Positions 1-9,578 of a stretch of 40,291 bases of DNA are shown here, one piece after another (position 1 is the stretch's first letter; the number at the start of each line of letters is the position of its first letter). The DNA comes from Poseidonia sp. (GTDB taxonomy: Archaea; Thermoplasmatota; Poseidoniia; Poseidoniales; Poseidoniaceae). The notes beneath the pieces are model-generated. The model was not told the DNA's origin. It saw nothing but the letters and a program-made list of their open reading frames with translations, and did no database searches. The stretch is from contig JALRLR010000003.1 in the NCBI GenBank assembly GCA_023254355.1, forward strand, positions 1 through 40,291. The letters run 5' to 3'. The translations under genes and the position numbers were made by a program.

Positions 1-1
1 A

Positions 2-3000
2 AACAACACCATCCAAGACACGGGCAAGGAACCCGTGTTGATCGGTGAATACCACTACCAAGACCAAGGTTGGCAAGTCCCCGCCCCAACCGCGGCCCGC
101 CTCTACCTCGCTAACAACGTGATCTCGAACAACTCGGGTACGTGCAACTCTCAGATGTACGGTGGTGACTTTGCTTGCCCTGCCGTCCACGTGTTCCGCT
201 CGTCGGCCACCATCCTGGACAACACCATCTCCAACAACCTCGGTGACATCATTCGTGCGAAGGGTTCCCTCGTGAACGTCCAACGAAACACGGCGGACAG
301 CGCCGGTGGTTTCGCAGGAAACATCAGCCTCCACGACGACAATTACGGAAACAAGTACGGGTCCGTGGCTTACTTCTCAGGCAACAGCTGGAGCAACGTT
401 TCCCAAGTCTACAACATCACGGAATCCCGTGTCACGGTCCAATCCGAACAAATTCCCTCGCCCGGCAACGGTGAGCTCTACCCCGTCAACATTCGCTGGC
501 TTGGCGCTGAGTGCCCCTACGTCCAAGACGAGTGTCTGAAACTCCCCGACACCGTGGCCCTGCCTCCTGCCCAAATGCCGTTGGCCCTCGAACTCGTTGA
601 AAACGCCACGGTGTTTTCCTTTGCCGACTTGCAGAACTTCGACTCCAGCATGATTCACGTCCAAAACCAAAACACGGCTTGGGGTTCCCAAGTTCGAGAA
701 GGTGAACTCGTTCGCTATCAGGTCAAGGCCAAAAACTCCAACGTTGCTGGGGCGACCGTGGTCATCAAAGACGCCACCGGCCTTCCACTTTACGAGTTGA
801 CCACCGATGCACTCGGGTTCACCCAACAGGTATCGTTGCCATCGGATTTCTTGCTGGACCGTAACTGGAACCACCAAGTGGGCGACAAAAACGCGGTTAT
901 TCCAGGCGTACTCAATGAGACAGGACAGCCCATCGTCGTTGACGAAGATTCGTGTGCTGACGGGATCGACAACGACGGAGACACCTTCGTCGACGACGAC
1001 GATTCCGACTGTGTCAACGGCCGAGAACAACCGTTTTACACCGTTGAAGCCTTCAAGTTCGGCAGCGGAACCAAGGACTTCTCCTACGTCCTTTCGGGCC
1101 CCATCGAGGACGTCATCAACCTCAACAACGTTCGCCCGAGCGTGAGCGTCAACGAGCAGGACGGCACCTCCTTTGCCACCGTGGTCCGCATCACGGGGCA
1201 AGCCTGGGACGGTCAAAAGTGGCCCTATGCCAACGACAACACGGCGATTCAATCTCAGTTTGGGAAGATTCAGCGTGTTGAGATTCAGCCACCCGGCTCA
1301 TCCGACTGGTACACCGCCTCCGACGCCTCCGGTTCAAACGGCGAAATCACCATGGCCAACCATCCCTTCAAAGATTGGGTGTTCGATTGGGACATGTCCG
1401 CTCACCCTGAAGGCGAAGGCGACGTGACCTTCCGTATTCGCTCCTACGACGGTTTGGACTACTCACCGGTTGAAGTTCGCCAATACAAACTCAACTTGGT
1501 TGCCCCCACCATTTTGGTTGATGTCCCCACCTCAGGCAGCGCCCACAGCACCGGAAAGGTGTTGTTCCAAGGAACAGCCTCGGATCCATACCAAGGCATT
1601 CAAGGCAGCGACGTGAAACAAATTTGGTTCCACATCGACGGTCCAGGTGACATGGAGCAGCAATTCTTCCAAGCTGGCTCTACGAGTTGGTCGTACGAAT
1701 GGTTGGTTGGTGATTTGCCATCGGGCGAATACACCGTGACCGTTTGGGCGGCTGACAGCGACTTCTGTATTGATGACAACACCGGTTGTCAAGTTGAGGT
1801 GCGGACCATTTCCATCAACAACGAAAACATCCCACCGAACCTCCAACTTTCGTGGATTGGCTCGGCCGACCAAATGACGGGCGGCATCGACGGCGATACG
1901 ATTCGAGCCTCCGAGGAAACGAAGATCATCGGCGTCGCTCGTGACGTCGGTGGGTTCGTCACCCGTGTTGAAATCGAAATCACGGACCTTGCAAGCGGTT
2001 TGCTGTTGAACGACGGCCCCCTCCCGGTGACCAGTTTCAACGCTGACGGATCGTGGGTCGCCAATTGGGATACCTCCGATTTGGTTCACGACCGTGTGTA
2101 CTCCGTCACGGTCCGTGCTTACGACGGTGACGATTACTCACAGGACATCGTGTGGCGCATGACCATCAACAACCCGCTGGACGCCGAGAACGTTGACCCG
2201 GTGTTCAACGAAACGGGGTGGGTCGGTACATGGACCATCTTCTGCGACGAAAACTCAAACTCGTTTGACCGCTGTGGCGGTGGCGTCAGCTTCGACCTCG
2301 CAGAGTTCTTCTCTGACCCTGACGGTACCGGAGTGCCTTCCAACGATTTGGAATTCTATATCTTTGACGATGATGCGACCATTGAGGACGACTTCTACGA
2401 CGACTTCATCACCATCACGCCGCTTGGCGTGCTCACCTACGACCCGATGTCCTACATGGCCCAAACCACCAGCAACATCCCTGATTGGTCGTTGAACGGC
2501 GTGGTTGTCTACGCTCAAGATGACCAAGAATCCAAGGCCTATTCCCTCAAGGTCAACTTCTTGGTGCGGGCGGTTTCGTTCAGCGTGGAGCGTGTGGACT
2601 CCGGAGCCATCACGGTCAAGGACCCGGCCACGTTCCAAGGCGAGGGCCTTCCTGGAAGCACGGTCATCGTCCGGTTTGCGGAAGGGAATGCAAAGCTGAA
2701 TTCGACCCGAGTTCTTTCCGACGGTACGTGGAGCATGGACCTCACGGCCAGCCAATTGGGCATTGAGGGCAACTCGGCCGTGATTTTCGAGATGGACGGA
2801 CAGATTTACAAGTTCGCTGGACAAACGGAAAACGGCGAATTCTCCATTTCCGTGGCTGGCGATAACGCAGAGGGTTCCGGAATCTTGGGCATCGTGTTGA
2901 TCGTGATCGCCGTCCTTGTTCTCCTCGGAGCAGGGGCCTTCTTCTTCATTGAATTCGAAGAAGTTCCCGACGAAAGCGAACTCACGGGCGATGATGCTGC

Positions 3001-3202
3001 CGTTGAGGAAGACCCGTATGCGTGGGCGAAGGCCAAGCAAACGCCAGCGATTCCTGAACCTGCAGCAGCCGTTCCGGTGGTTGAGGCGGCCGCACCGGTT
3101 GCCGCCGCTGCACCCGCCGCTTCTCAACATCCCGGCTGGTTGTGGGATGAGGCCAACAACCAGTGGGTCCCCGACCCGAACTACCAGCAACCACCCCAGT
3201 GA
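2..3202 (+). CDS. Large membrane-anchored surface protein, 5'-truncated (parallel beta-helix repeats, Ig-like domains, C-terminal TM helix and Pro/Ala-rich tail)
   Basis: The frame is open from nt 2 (NNTIQDTGKEPVLIG...). Asn-rich beta-helix-like strands (NNVISNN, DNTISNN). CADGIDNDGDTFVDDDDSDC Cys/Asp motif at 953-1012. Repeated Ig-like units (W..WD/V...P.G.Y.V.V.A.D). TM segment ILGIVLIVIAVLVLLGAGAFFFI, acidic/Pro-Ala linker, terminal HPGWLWDEANNQWVPDP. Confidence 0.8.
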   Translation, partial: NNTIQDTGKEPVLIGEYHYQDQGWQVPAPTAARLYLANNVISNNSGTCNSQMYGGDFACPAVHVFRSSATILDNTISNNLGDIIRAKGSLVNVQRNTADSAGGFAGNISLHDDNYGNKYGSVAYFSGNSWSNVSQVYNITESRVTVQSEQIPSPGNGELYPVNIRWLGAECPYVQDECLKLPDTVALPPAQMPLALELVENATVFSFADLQNFDSSMIHVQNQNTAWGSQVREGELVRYQVKAKNSNVAGATVVIKDATGLPLYELTTDALGFTQQVSLPSDFLLDRNWNHQVGDKNAVIPGVLNETGQPIVVDEDSCADGIDNDGDTFVDDDDSDCVNGREQPFYTVEAFKFGSGTKDFSYVLSGPIEDVINLNNVRPSVSVNEQDGTSFATVVRITGQAWDGQKWPYANDNTAIQSQFGKIQRVEIQPPGSSDWYTASDASGSNGEITMANHPFKDWVFDWDMSAHPEGEGDVTFRIRSYDGLDYSPVEVRQYKLNLVAPTILVDVPTSGSAHSTGKVLFQGTASDPYQGIQGSDVKQIWFHIDGPGDMEQQFFQAGSTSWSYEWLVGDLPSGEYTVTVWAADSDFCIDDNTGCQVEVRTISINNENIPPNLQLSWIGSADQMTGGIDGDTIRASEETKIIGVARDVGGFVTRVEIEITDLASGLLLNDGPLPVTSFNADGSWVANWDTSDLVHDRVYSVTVRAYDGDDYSQDIVWRMTINNPLDAENVDPVFNETGWVGTWTIFCDENSNSFDRCGGGVSFDLAEFFSDPDGTGVPSNDLEFYIFDDDATIEDDFYDDFITITPLGVLTYDPMSYMAQTTSNIPDWSLNGVVVYAQDDQESKAYSLKVNFLVRAVSFSVERVDSGAITVKDPATFQGEGLPGSTVIVRFAEGNAKLNSTRVLSDGTWSMDLTASQLGIEGNSAVIFEMDGQIYKFAGQTENGEFSISVAGDNAEGSGILGIVLIVIAVLVLLGAGAFFFIEFEEVPDESELTGDDAAVEEDPYAWAKAKQTPAIPEPAAAVPVVEAAAPVAAAAPAASQHPGWLWDEANNQWVPDPNYQQPPQ

Positions 3203-3222
3203 AACCGTTTGAGGGAACCTCC

Positions 3223-5748
3223 ATGGTCAGCCAGGGTAAACCGGGAGTGCAAGAGCGAATTCTTTTGCATCTGTTGGATTACTCCGACTTCAAAGACAGC
3301 ATTGAGGTGCCGTTTGCCCTTTCCCAAATGGGAATCGCCAACGCCGTCGCGATTGCACGGTCCAACGTTCCACGAGCCATTGCTGGCCTCAAGGACCAAG
3401 GCATTCTGGTTGAACGCCAAGCACACGTCAAGGGTGTCTCCCGAAAACGCAAGGCCTACTTTCTCACCGATAGCGGCGTCAGTCTGGCCTCGGAAACTTG
3501 GGAGCGTTTGGCCGACCTCCCCATTCGGTGCCTGTTTGAAGAAAAACCCGCTGAGGAGACGACCCTTTCGGGGGCCAAATCCGTCTTGCCTTTTCAGATG
3601 CGGCCAGTGGACATCATTCGGTACATGGACGATCACCAAACGTTGGATCTGCGCCGACTCAGCGCCGATTTGGTTGAACGCGACTTGTCAAAACACGTTG
3701 AAAAGCAGCTGGTGACCTCGCTGGCCGACCTGCCGAGGCTACGCCATTTCTATGGCCGGGAAACGGAACTCGACAACATGGTGAATTTGTTGGAAGCGAG
3801 GGCGACGACGCTCCTTGTGCCGGGCATCGCAGGCATTGGGAAAACAACCGTGGCGTCCAAACTCATTGAGCGATTTATGCATCGACGCAACTTGCTCTAC
3901 CACCGATGCCAGGATTGGGAAGGCTCTCGTTCGTTTTTCGAATCCATCGCCGATTGGCTTTCGAGCATGGGGAGTCCTGATTTTGCGACCTACCTCGCAG
4001 CAACACCTGTACCTCAACCCGGGGATGCTGCCCGTCTGTTGGTTGAAGCGCTCAGCGGTTCACCGTCGCTGATCGTGATTGACGACTTCCATAAGGTGGC
4101 CGATTTGGTGTTGCATCAAACGTTCCAAGCCATGTCCCTTAATTTGTTGGGAAGCGATGAACAAATTGGTTTGGTGATCTTTTCTCGATCGTTCAAACCG
4201 GTGGTTCCCACCAAGGATGCGGAAGGTCGGATTGCGAGTTTGGTGCTCCCCCTTGACGGTCTCGACCCTGAATCGGGTCGCAAATTGCTCAGCAGTTTTG
4301 AAAGTCTGGCTGATGAACAATGGTTGCACATTCACGGGTTGTCCCGAGGCCATCCCTTGGTGTTGGAACTCATCAACCGTGGCGCCTCAGCAGGAGCGTT
4401 TCACGAGACCCTGGAGAATTATGTGACGGTTGAGATCTTTTCAAAATTGAGCGCTGAACAAAAGCGAGTGCTTTCCGCACTGGCGATTTACCGGGAACCT
4501 GTTCTGCTGGAGGCGCTCGCCCAACAGGGCCTGAACACCGACGAGCTCGACAGCCTCGTTGAATCGGGGTTGGCTCGCCAAGCCGATGCTGAAACCTACG
4601 ACGTGCACGACCTCATTCGGGAGTTTTTGTTGCGCAGCGTTTCCCCAACCCTCAAGCAAGAATTTCACGCCAAATGCACTGAATGGTATCAGAAACAGCC
4701 AAAGAATCACGACATCCTCATCGAGCTCATTTACCACGCCATCCAATCCGTCCAGCACGAACTGGCCTCTGAACTCATCGTCACGGAGGGCCGTCAATTG
4801 GTGGCTCAAGGTCACATGGAATTGCTGGGATTGATTGAACAAATCGACGTCACTGACCTTCCCCTCTCCGTACAACTCACGTTGTCGCAGATGCAGGGTG
4901 AAATTTTGGCGCTCTTTGGCCGTCTTGACGAGGCTGACACGGTGCTCCAAAACGCTCTTTCTGTTGCTGAAAAAGAGGCGGATGTCATCGTTCAAGCCGA
5001 AGTGCTCTCATCGCTGGCCGATGTGAGTCGGAAGCAAGGCGACAGCGACCTTTCCCTCGACCGACATAAACAGGCTCTCAAGCACTACATCGCGCTCGGC
5101 CATGCCCGTTGGGCCGCTCGCACCTACAACAACATCGGGTACCTCCTCCGTCGGAAAAACGAGCGGAACAAAGCCCTCGAAGCCTACGGTGAGGTTGAGG
5201 CCATCCTCCGGTCAACCTCCGATGATGGCTTGATTAACAGCCAAATCACCTTGGCTCGTGCCTTGATTGACCTTGGCGAAGTGGACCGTGCACGTGAACA
5301 CGCCATGGCCTCCCATGAGCGGACCTCCCAACTCGACGATTCCGCTCTTCATGCCCGCGCTCAGGCCGTCTTGGGGCGATATTATGCCAAGGTTGGTCAA
5401 TCGGAATTGGCCCTCTTCCACTACTCGGAGGCTCTGGAGGCGATGAACGAAGCGGGCGATGTTCAATCCTTGGTTGAAATCACGATGCTGCTGGGTGAAG
5501 TGTTGCAAGATGCAGGGCGAACGGAGGAAGCCATGGAGCATTACGGCCAAGCGCTGGTGCTGGCTGAGGCCAACGACCTCCGCATGCAAATCGGCGATTT
5601 ACTTGCCCGATTAGGGGGCATGGCTCCCGACCGTCAAGATCGAATGGAATATCTTCAACGTGCGTTGAAAGTCTTCAGAGAATTGGGCGCACGTAACCGA
5701 ATGCGAGAAGTGCAATCGTTGGTCCATCGTGCCGTGATGGGACGCTGA
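3223..5748 (+). CDS. wHTH - STAND (NB-ARC/AP-type) ATPase - TPR protein, 841 aa; putative signal-integrating transcription regulator
   Basis: N-terminal MarR-like wHTH (LSQMGIANAVAIARSNVPRAIAGL...KAYFLT). FYGRETEL, Walker A GIAGIGKT, Walker B LIVIDDFH, GxP motif GHPL and MHD-like VHDL. The C-terminal ~300 aa are TPR-like repeats. ATG 3223 was chosen because the upstream start overlaps the previous gene. Confidence 0.85.
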   Translation: MVSQGKPGVQERILLHLLDYSDFKDSIEVPFALSQMGIANAVAIARSNVPRAIAGLKDQGILVERQAHVKGVSRKRKAYFLTDSGVSLASETWERLADLPIRCLFEEKPAEETTLSGAKSVLPFQMRPVDIIRYMDDHQTLDLRRLSADLVERDLSKHVEKQLVTSLADLPRLRHFYGRETELDNMVNLLEARATTLLVPGIAGIGKTTVASKLIERFMHRRNLLYHRCQDWEGSRSFFESIADWLSSMGSPDFATYLAATPVPQPGDAARLLVEALSGSPSLIVIDDFHKVADLVLHQTFQAMSLNLLGSDEQIGLVIFSRSFKPVVPTKDAEGRIASLVLPLDGLDPESGRKLLSSFESLADEQWLHIHGLSRGHPLVLELINRGASAGAFHETLENYVTVEIFSKLSAEQKRVLSALAIYREPVLLEALAQQGLNTDELDSLVESGLARQADAETYDVHDLIREFLLRSVSPTLKQEFHAKCTEWYQKQPKNHDILIELIYHAIQSVQHELASELIVTEGRQLVAQGHMELLGLIEQIDVTDLPLSVQLTLSQMQGEILALFGRLDEADTVLQNALSVAEKEADVIVQAEVLSSLADVSRKQGDSDLSLDRHKQALKHYIALGHARWAARTYNNIGYLLRRKNERNKALEAYGEVEAILRSTSDDGLINSQITLARALIDLGEVDRAREHAMASHERTSQLDDSALHARAQAVLGRYYAKVGQSELALFHYSEALEAMNEAGDVQSLVEITMLLGEVLQDAGRTEEAMEHYGQALVLAEANDLRMQIGDLLARLGGMAPDRQDRMEYLQRALKVFRELGARNRMREVQSLVHRAVMGR

Positions 5749-5753
5749 TACGG

Positions 5754-6233
5754 TCATTGGACGGCCGCTGGCCGGTCAAGCGATAGGAAGGTTGTGCCGT
5801 CTTCGTGCACGACCCATAAACGCTCAACTCCCGAAAGCGGAATCCGTCCCTCGTGCCCGCCTGCACCGGTGCCCGAAACGACCACTTCGGTGTCAAGCGG
5901 TCCACCCTCATCGATCAGTTCCAACGAAAAGTCATGAAGTTCCAGCCAAAACAGCGATTCATCGGCTTCGGTGGGTCGCCACGATATTTCTTCGGCATAC
6001 GACACGTTCGCCCCAAGGCGGCTCGCTTCATCCGCACGTTCCACGGCGGCTGCGATGTCTTCCATGTTGGCTTGAATCGCCTCTTGGTTCCACCTCAAAC
6101 GGGTGTTGGTTTCGATGTCCCATGCCCATACACTGAACATCGTCATGAGCATGACACCCAGTAGGAACGTGAAGATGTACCCCAGTTCGGTGGCCGCCGC
6201 CGAAGTGTCTCGCCTGAGGAGCGTTGTCTTCAC
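5754..6233 (-). CDS. Type IV pilin-like protein (class III signal peptide), 159 aa
   Basis: RRDTSA/AATELGYIFTFLLGVMLMTMFSVWAW: charged leader, small residue at the cleavage site, hydrophobic helix. GTG start overlaps the upstream stop (GTGA). SD GAGGTGA at 6238-6244. Confidence 0.7.
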   Translation of the reverse strand: MKTTLLRRDTSAAATELGYIFTFLLGVMLMTMFSVWAWDIETNTRLRWNQEAIQANMEDIAAAVERADEASRLGANVSYAEEISWRPTEADESLFWLELHDFSLELIDEGGPLDTEVVVSGTGAGGHEGRIPLSGVERLWVVHEDGTTFLSLDRPAAVQ

Positions 6234-8464
6234 AACATCACCTCGCGAGTGGTGACATCAAGCGATGCCAATTGAAGCGTGAATTCAATCGCTTGGCCGT
6301 TGGTGTGCCAAACCGCTTCAGCCGTTCCATAACTTGGGTCAGGGACCCAACCGACGTAATCGGTCAACAAGTCAAGGCGTCCCGGATAAACCGTCCAATC
6401 CTCGCTGGCTTCCAATCCAATTCCTGCATTATCGGCAATCGCCGTCCCGTAGGGTTCGGACCAGCCACGACGCACCTCGTAGGCCGGTGCCGAAGCGAGC
6501 GACGTTCGGTGAACGAGTTCAATGTCCAATTCCAATTCGCCCGCTCCACTGGAGCTGTCGGCGGTTGGATGGAGCGATGGGACGGTGGCGGCAAACCGAG
6601 GGCCCGGGCCTCCACGGTCGGAGGGAGGTACCACAACATAGGGCTTGAATTCGGGGTGGTTGGTCACGACGGCCCCGCCGCTGAACGCCACCTCCATGCC
6701 GTTGATGGAGGATTGGAACTGGTAGGCGAGACGGGAGAGGTGAAAGGCCCAAACCGTACCGATGGAGGCGTGGGTGGCCACGCCGTCTCCACCAATGACA
6801 TCGAGGCTCACACTGGATGGATGACGCCCCTCAATCCAAGCATTTTGGATGTCCACTTCGCCCCTGCCGCCCATGCGCTCCCACGGCAGGTCCGTCGTCA
6901 CCCAACCGCTTGCTTGCGTTCCCACGCTGGTGCACCGTTCTGCCCCGTCATGGAGGATTTGGTAGAGTCCATGGCCGCCGCCGCTTCGGAGCAGGCGCAA
7001 CGGATGACCGGATTCGACACGCAGGGATGTTGTGCCCAAGGAGGCCGCCATCGTGGTGGCATCGTTTTGGGCCAGGAAGGTGCCGGTGGCGTTGGTGGCC
7101 CCCGTCAAGTTCCACGATGAGGTGTATCCGGCGAGCCTGAGATGAAATGTTTCAGCCGTGGTGTTATCCTCGTTCACGTAGGTAAACAAGCCTCCAGAAA
7201 GGCCGCCCGTGTCGTCCGCGGGAATCAAGGTCAATCCGGGTTGTTCATCGGTTGTCGACAAGGTGTCGTCGGCCGCCCAGGTCACGAACAGGTCGCCGTC
7301 GGCGTCCAACGTGGCGGCACCTTCGTCCACGGCCGGTGGCCAAGTCACGTGCTCGACTTCACCCGGGGCCACGGAGATTCCACCGCCTCGCCACGTGACC
7401 GTGACGATCTCTTCGCCGGGGTTGGCCAACCGCAACGTGCCCTCCATGTTGGGTGGTGTGAAGGCATGACCGAGGTATGTTCCGGTATCCGACGGCCAGG
7501 CGGTCAGGCCGTCATCGGAGGAGGTGTCGGTTTTGACCAGAAGGCGCGAGGGGGAGCTGGTGCTGAGGTGGACGATGGTGGGTTGGGTGACGGTGACTTC
7601 GTGGGTGAACGAGACCGCCGTTCTGGCGTAGCCGCTGGGCAAAGCGTAGTGAATCTCCGTCTCGTCCTCAACGGTGAGGTGAATTTGGTTGGCGGTATCG
7701 CTGAGGACATGGATGGCCGACGTGCCGGTGGTCACGGGGAACGACCATGCATGGCCACGTTTGTCCGACGGTTCGGGTGCGTTGGGCAACACGTAGGCGG
7801 CACCACTCGCTCCCGTTTCTCCCATCACGGTTAACGCGTGACTGGACGTGATCACGGCGGTTCCAATCGAAGTGACATCAAAGGACCCGATATCGTCGAC
7901 CCGTAAGGCACGAGTTTGCACTTCCTCGCCGTTCACGGTCAACGAGACATCGATGGGGCCCAGCGGCATGGCAAGACCCGGCGTGACGGTGAAGGCCACA
8001 CGGTCCAAAATCGCCTCGACGGTGTAGTAATAGGGACGGTCAGGTCCCTGTCGAAGGTCAGTGATGCACACCGCTTCAATTCGACTCTCAGGGTGTCGGA
8101 TTTCGACCGTATCGTCAAAGTCCAAGGCTCCTCGTGCTCGCAGGCTCATGTCCTCTTTCCAGGTGGCCGAATACCACATTCCCCCTCGCAGGCTGTCCCA
8201 CACCAAATTCCCATCAACGGGGACCAAGGTGGCATGGGTTGAATCACCGGGCATGCCGCGTTCGGACAGCGAGGAGGTTTGTTGCGCAAGGAGGGTCATT
8301 TGGGCCGACATGTCGTGGCGCTCAACCGACCCCTCCATCTCTTCGATGACCGGCATCATCGAGACCATCATGAGTCCGATGATGGAGAGAACGCCACCAA
8401 ACAACAACACCGTTGCTACGGCTGCGGAGACCGCCTCCTCGTCCCGCGTGAGGTTGTGCCTCAT
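6230..8464 (-). CDS. Large type IV pilin-like protein / putative adhesin, 744 aa
   Basis: TRDEEA/VSAAVATVLLFGGVLSIIGLMMV is an archaeal class III signal peptide. The body is beta-rich. ATGA overlap with the upstream gene. SD GAGGTGA at 8469-8475. Confidence 0.8.
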   Translation of the reverse strand: MRHNLTRDEEAVSAAVATVLLFGGVLSIIGLMMVSMMPVIEEMEGSVERHDMSAQMTLLAQQTSSLSERGMPGDSTHATLVPVDGNLVWDSLRGGMWYSATWKEDMSLRARGALDFDDTVEIRHPESRIEAVCITDLRQGPDRPYYYTVEAILDRVAFTVTPGLAMPLGPIDVSLTVNGEEVQTRALRVDDIGSFDVTSIGTAVITSSHALTVMGETGASGAAYVLPNAPEPSDKRGHAWSFPVTTGTSAIHVLSDTANQIHLTVEDETEIHYALPSGYARTAVSFTHEVTVTQPTIVHLSTSSPSRLLVKTDTSSDDGLTAWPSDTGTYLGHAFTPPNMEGTLRLANPGEEIVTVTWRGGGISVAPGEVEHVTWPPAVDEGAATLDADGDLFVTWAADDTLSTTDEQPGLTLIPADDTGGLSGGLFTYVNEDNTTAETFHLRLAGYTSSWNLTGATNATGTFLAQNDATTMAASLGTTSLRVESGHPLRLLRSGGGHGLYQILHDGAERCTSVGTQASGWVTTDLPWERMGGRGEVDIQNAWIEGRHPSSVSLDVIGGDGVATHASIGTVWAFHLSRLAYQFQSSINGMEVAFSGGAVVTNHPEFKPYVVVPPSDRGGPGPRFAATVPSLHPTADSSSGAGELELDIELVHRTSLASAPAYEVRRGWSEPYGTAIADNAGIGLEASEDWTVYPGRLDLLTDYVGWVPDPSYGTAEAVWHTNGQAIEFTLQLASLDVTTREVML

Positions 8465-9546
8465 CGGCTCACCTCAATGCGCTGAAGGTCCACTTCGAAG
8501 TACAAAGGTAAGGATTGGGATGAAACACTGAATCCGTCAGCCCCACTCGCTCGGCCGTAGGGTGCAAAACCGATGTAGGTGTCAAGGGTTCCTGCGGAGC
8601 GTTGGATGGTGTATTCGGAAAGCCAGGTGTCGTGGTATTGCGGTGTGACAACGTCATGAAGGGCATTGGTGACTTCAAACTGCACGTTGTAGGCTCGTCC
8701 GCTGAACAACATCATCGGCCCTTTCGACACAAATTGCAGACCGACGTTCGAACCCGTGCCAATGGAGCCGTTGGTCACGACGTCGGTCAACAGCATGGAG
8801 AGCCGCAACTCATTGTTCGCCATGCGGTCAAATTCCACCGACGGCATGGCGCTCACTTCCCAGGCGCCGTTGGGAAACCGTTCGGCTCGGGCGTTGTTCA
8901 TGAGGACGATTTGGTGCTCACCTTGACCCAACGATGTGGTGATTTCAAGACCGGAAAGGGTGAGTTTGGCCTGACGATGCAAGGGTTGGTTGTCGGCACC
9001 GTACACGGTCACGATCATCCAATGCGATGCGCTGGCGTTGTGCGTGATGAAGACCTCTCGGTGGCTGGCCGTCACTTCGCTTTCAAAGAACACGCCAGGG
9101 GACTGGATCGTGATGCTGCGTGCGGTTTCGTTGGCCGAAAGAACGGCGATGGTCGTGTCGTTCACGTGGCGCAATTCAATGCGTTCACCGGCGGTTAAAT
9201 CAGCGGCAATGGTCCAGGCCTCCACGTTCTGAACGGGACGAATTGAGGTGGACTGGATGGCCAAGGTGTTTCGGAAACCGGTGCCGTCAGGGGCGTTGCC
9301 AGCCACTTCAATTCGGTCTTCAATTCGGTCGGCCAATCCCGTGGCTGAGTTCCAGTTGGTGTTGTCTTCAAAATCCGACAGGTAGGGGTTCAAGAAAATC
9401 CAGACGCCCCCCATGATGGTGATGACCATCGCCAAGAGCATGACCACGCCGAGAACTTCGCTGACCGCTCGTTCCTCTTCACGCAATCCTCGGGGACCTC
9501 TTCGTCCCGTCCGTCGGTTCACGCTTTGGACACGATGCGGTATCAT
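8461..9546 (-). CDS. Type IV pilin-like protein (archaeal Pilin_N-type N-terminus), 361 aa
   Basis: REEERA/VSEVLGVVMLLAMVITIMGGVWIF matches the archaeal prepilin motif [KR][GA]/VSxV. SD GAGGTGA at 9555-9561. Confidence 0.85.
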   Translation of the reverse strand: MIPHRVQSVNRRTGRRGPRGLREEERAVSEVLGVVMLLAMVITIMGGVWIFLNPYLSDFEDNTNWNSATGLADRIEDRIEVAGNAPDGTGFRNTLAIQSTSIRPVQNVEAWTIAADLTAGERIELRHVNDTTIAVLSANETARSITIQSPGVFFESEVTASHREVFITHNASASHWMIVTVYGADNQPLHRQAKLTLSGLEITTSLGQGEHQIVLMNNARAERFPNGAWEVSAMPSVEFDRMANNELRLSMLLTDVVTNGSIGTGSNVGLQFVSKGPMMLFSGRAYNVQFEVTNALHDVVTPQYHDTWLSEYTIQRSAGTLDTYIGFAPYGRASGADGFSVSSQSLPLYFEVDLQRIEVSR

Positions 9547-9554
9547 TTAGCCAT

Positions 9555-9578
9555 TCACCTCAAATCGTGCGTTGAGGC
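9555..9578 (-). promoter_or_regulatory. Shine-Dalgarno GAGGUGA partly sequestered in a short hairpin between the MBL gene and the first pilin gene
   Basis: The minus-strand RNA reads G-CCUCAA-CGCACGAU-UUGAGG-UGA. The 6-bp stem (9558-9563 / 9572-9577) starts immediately after the MBL stop codon. Confidence 0.5.

Noticed and set aside
5754-9546. Archaellum (arl/fla) operon
   Set aside because: No arlH/I/J genes are present, and the N-termini lack the archaellin GxxGIGTLIVFIAMVLVAAV signature.
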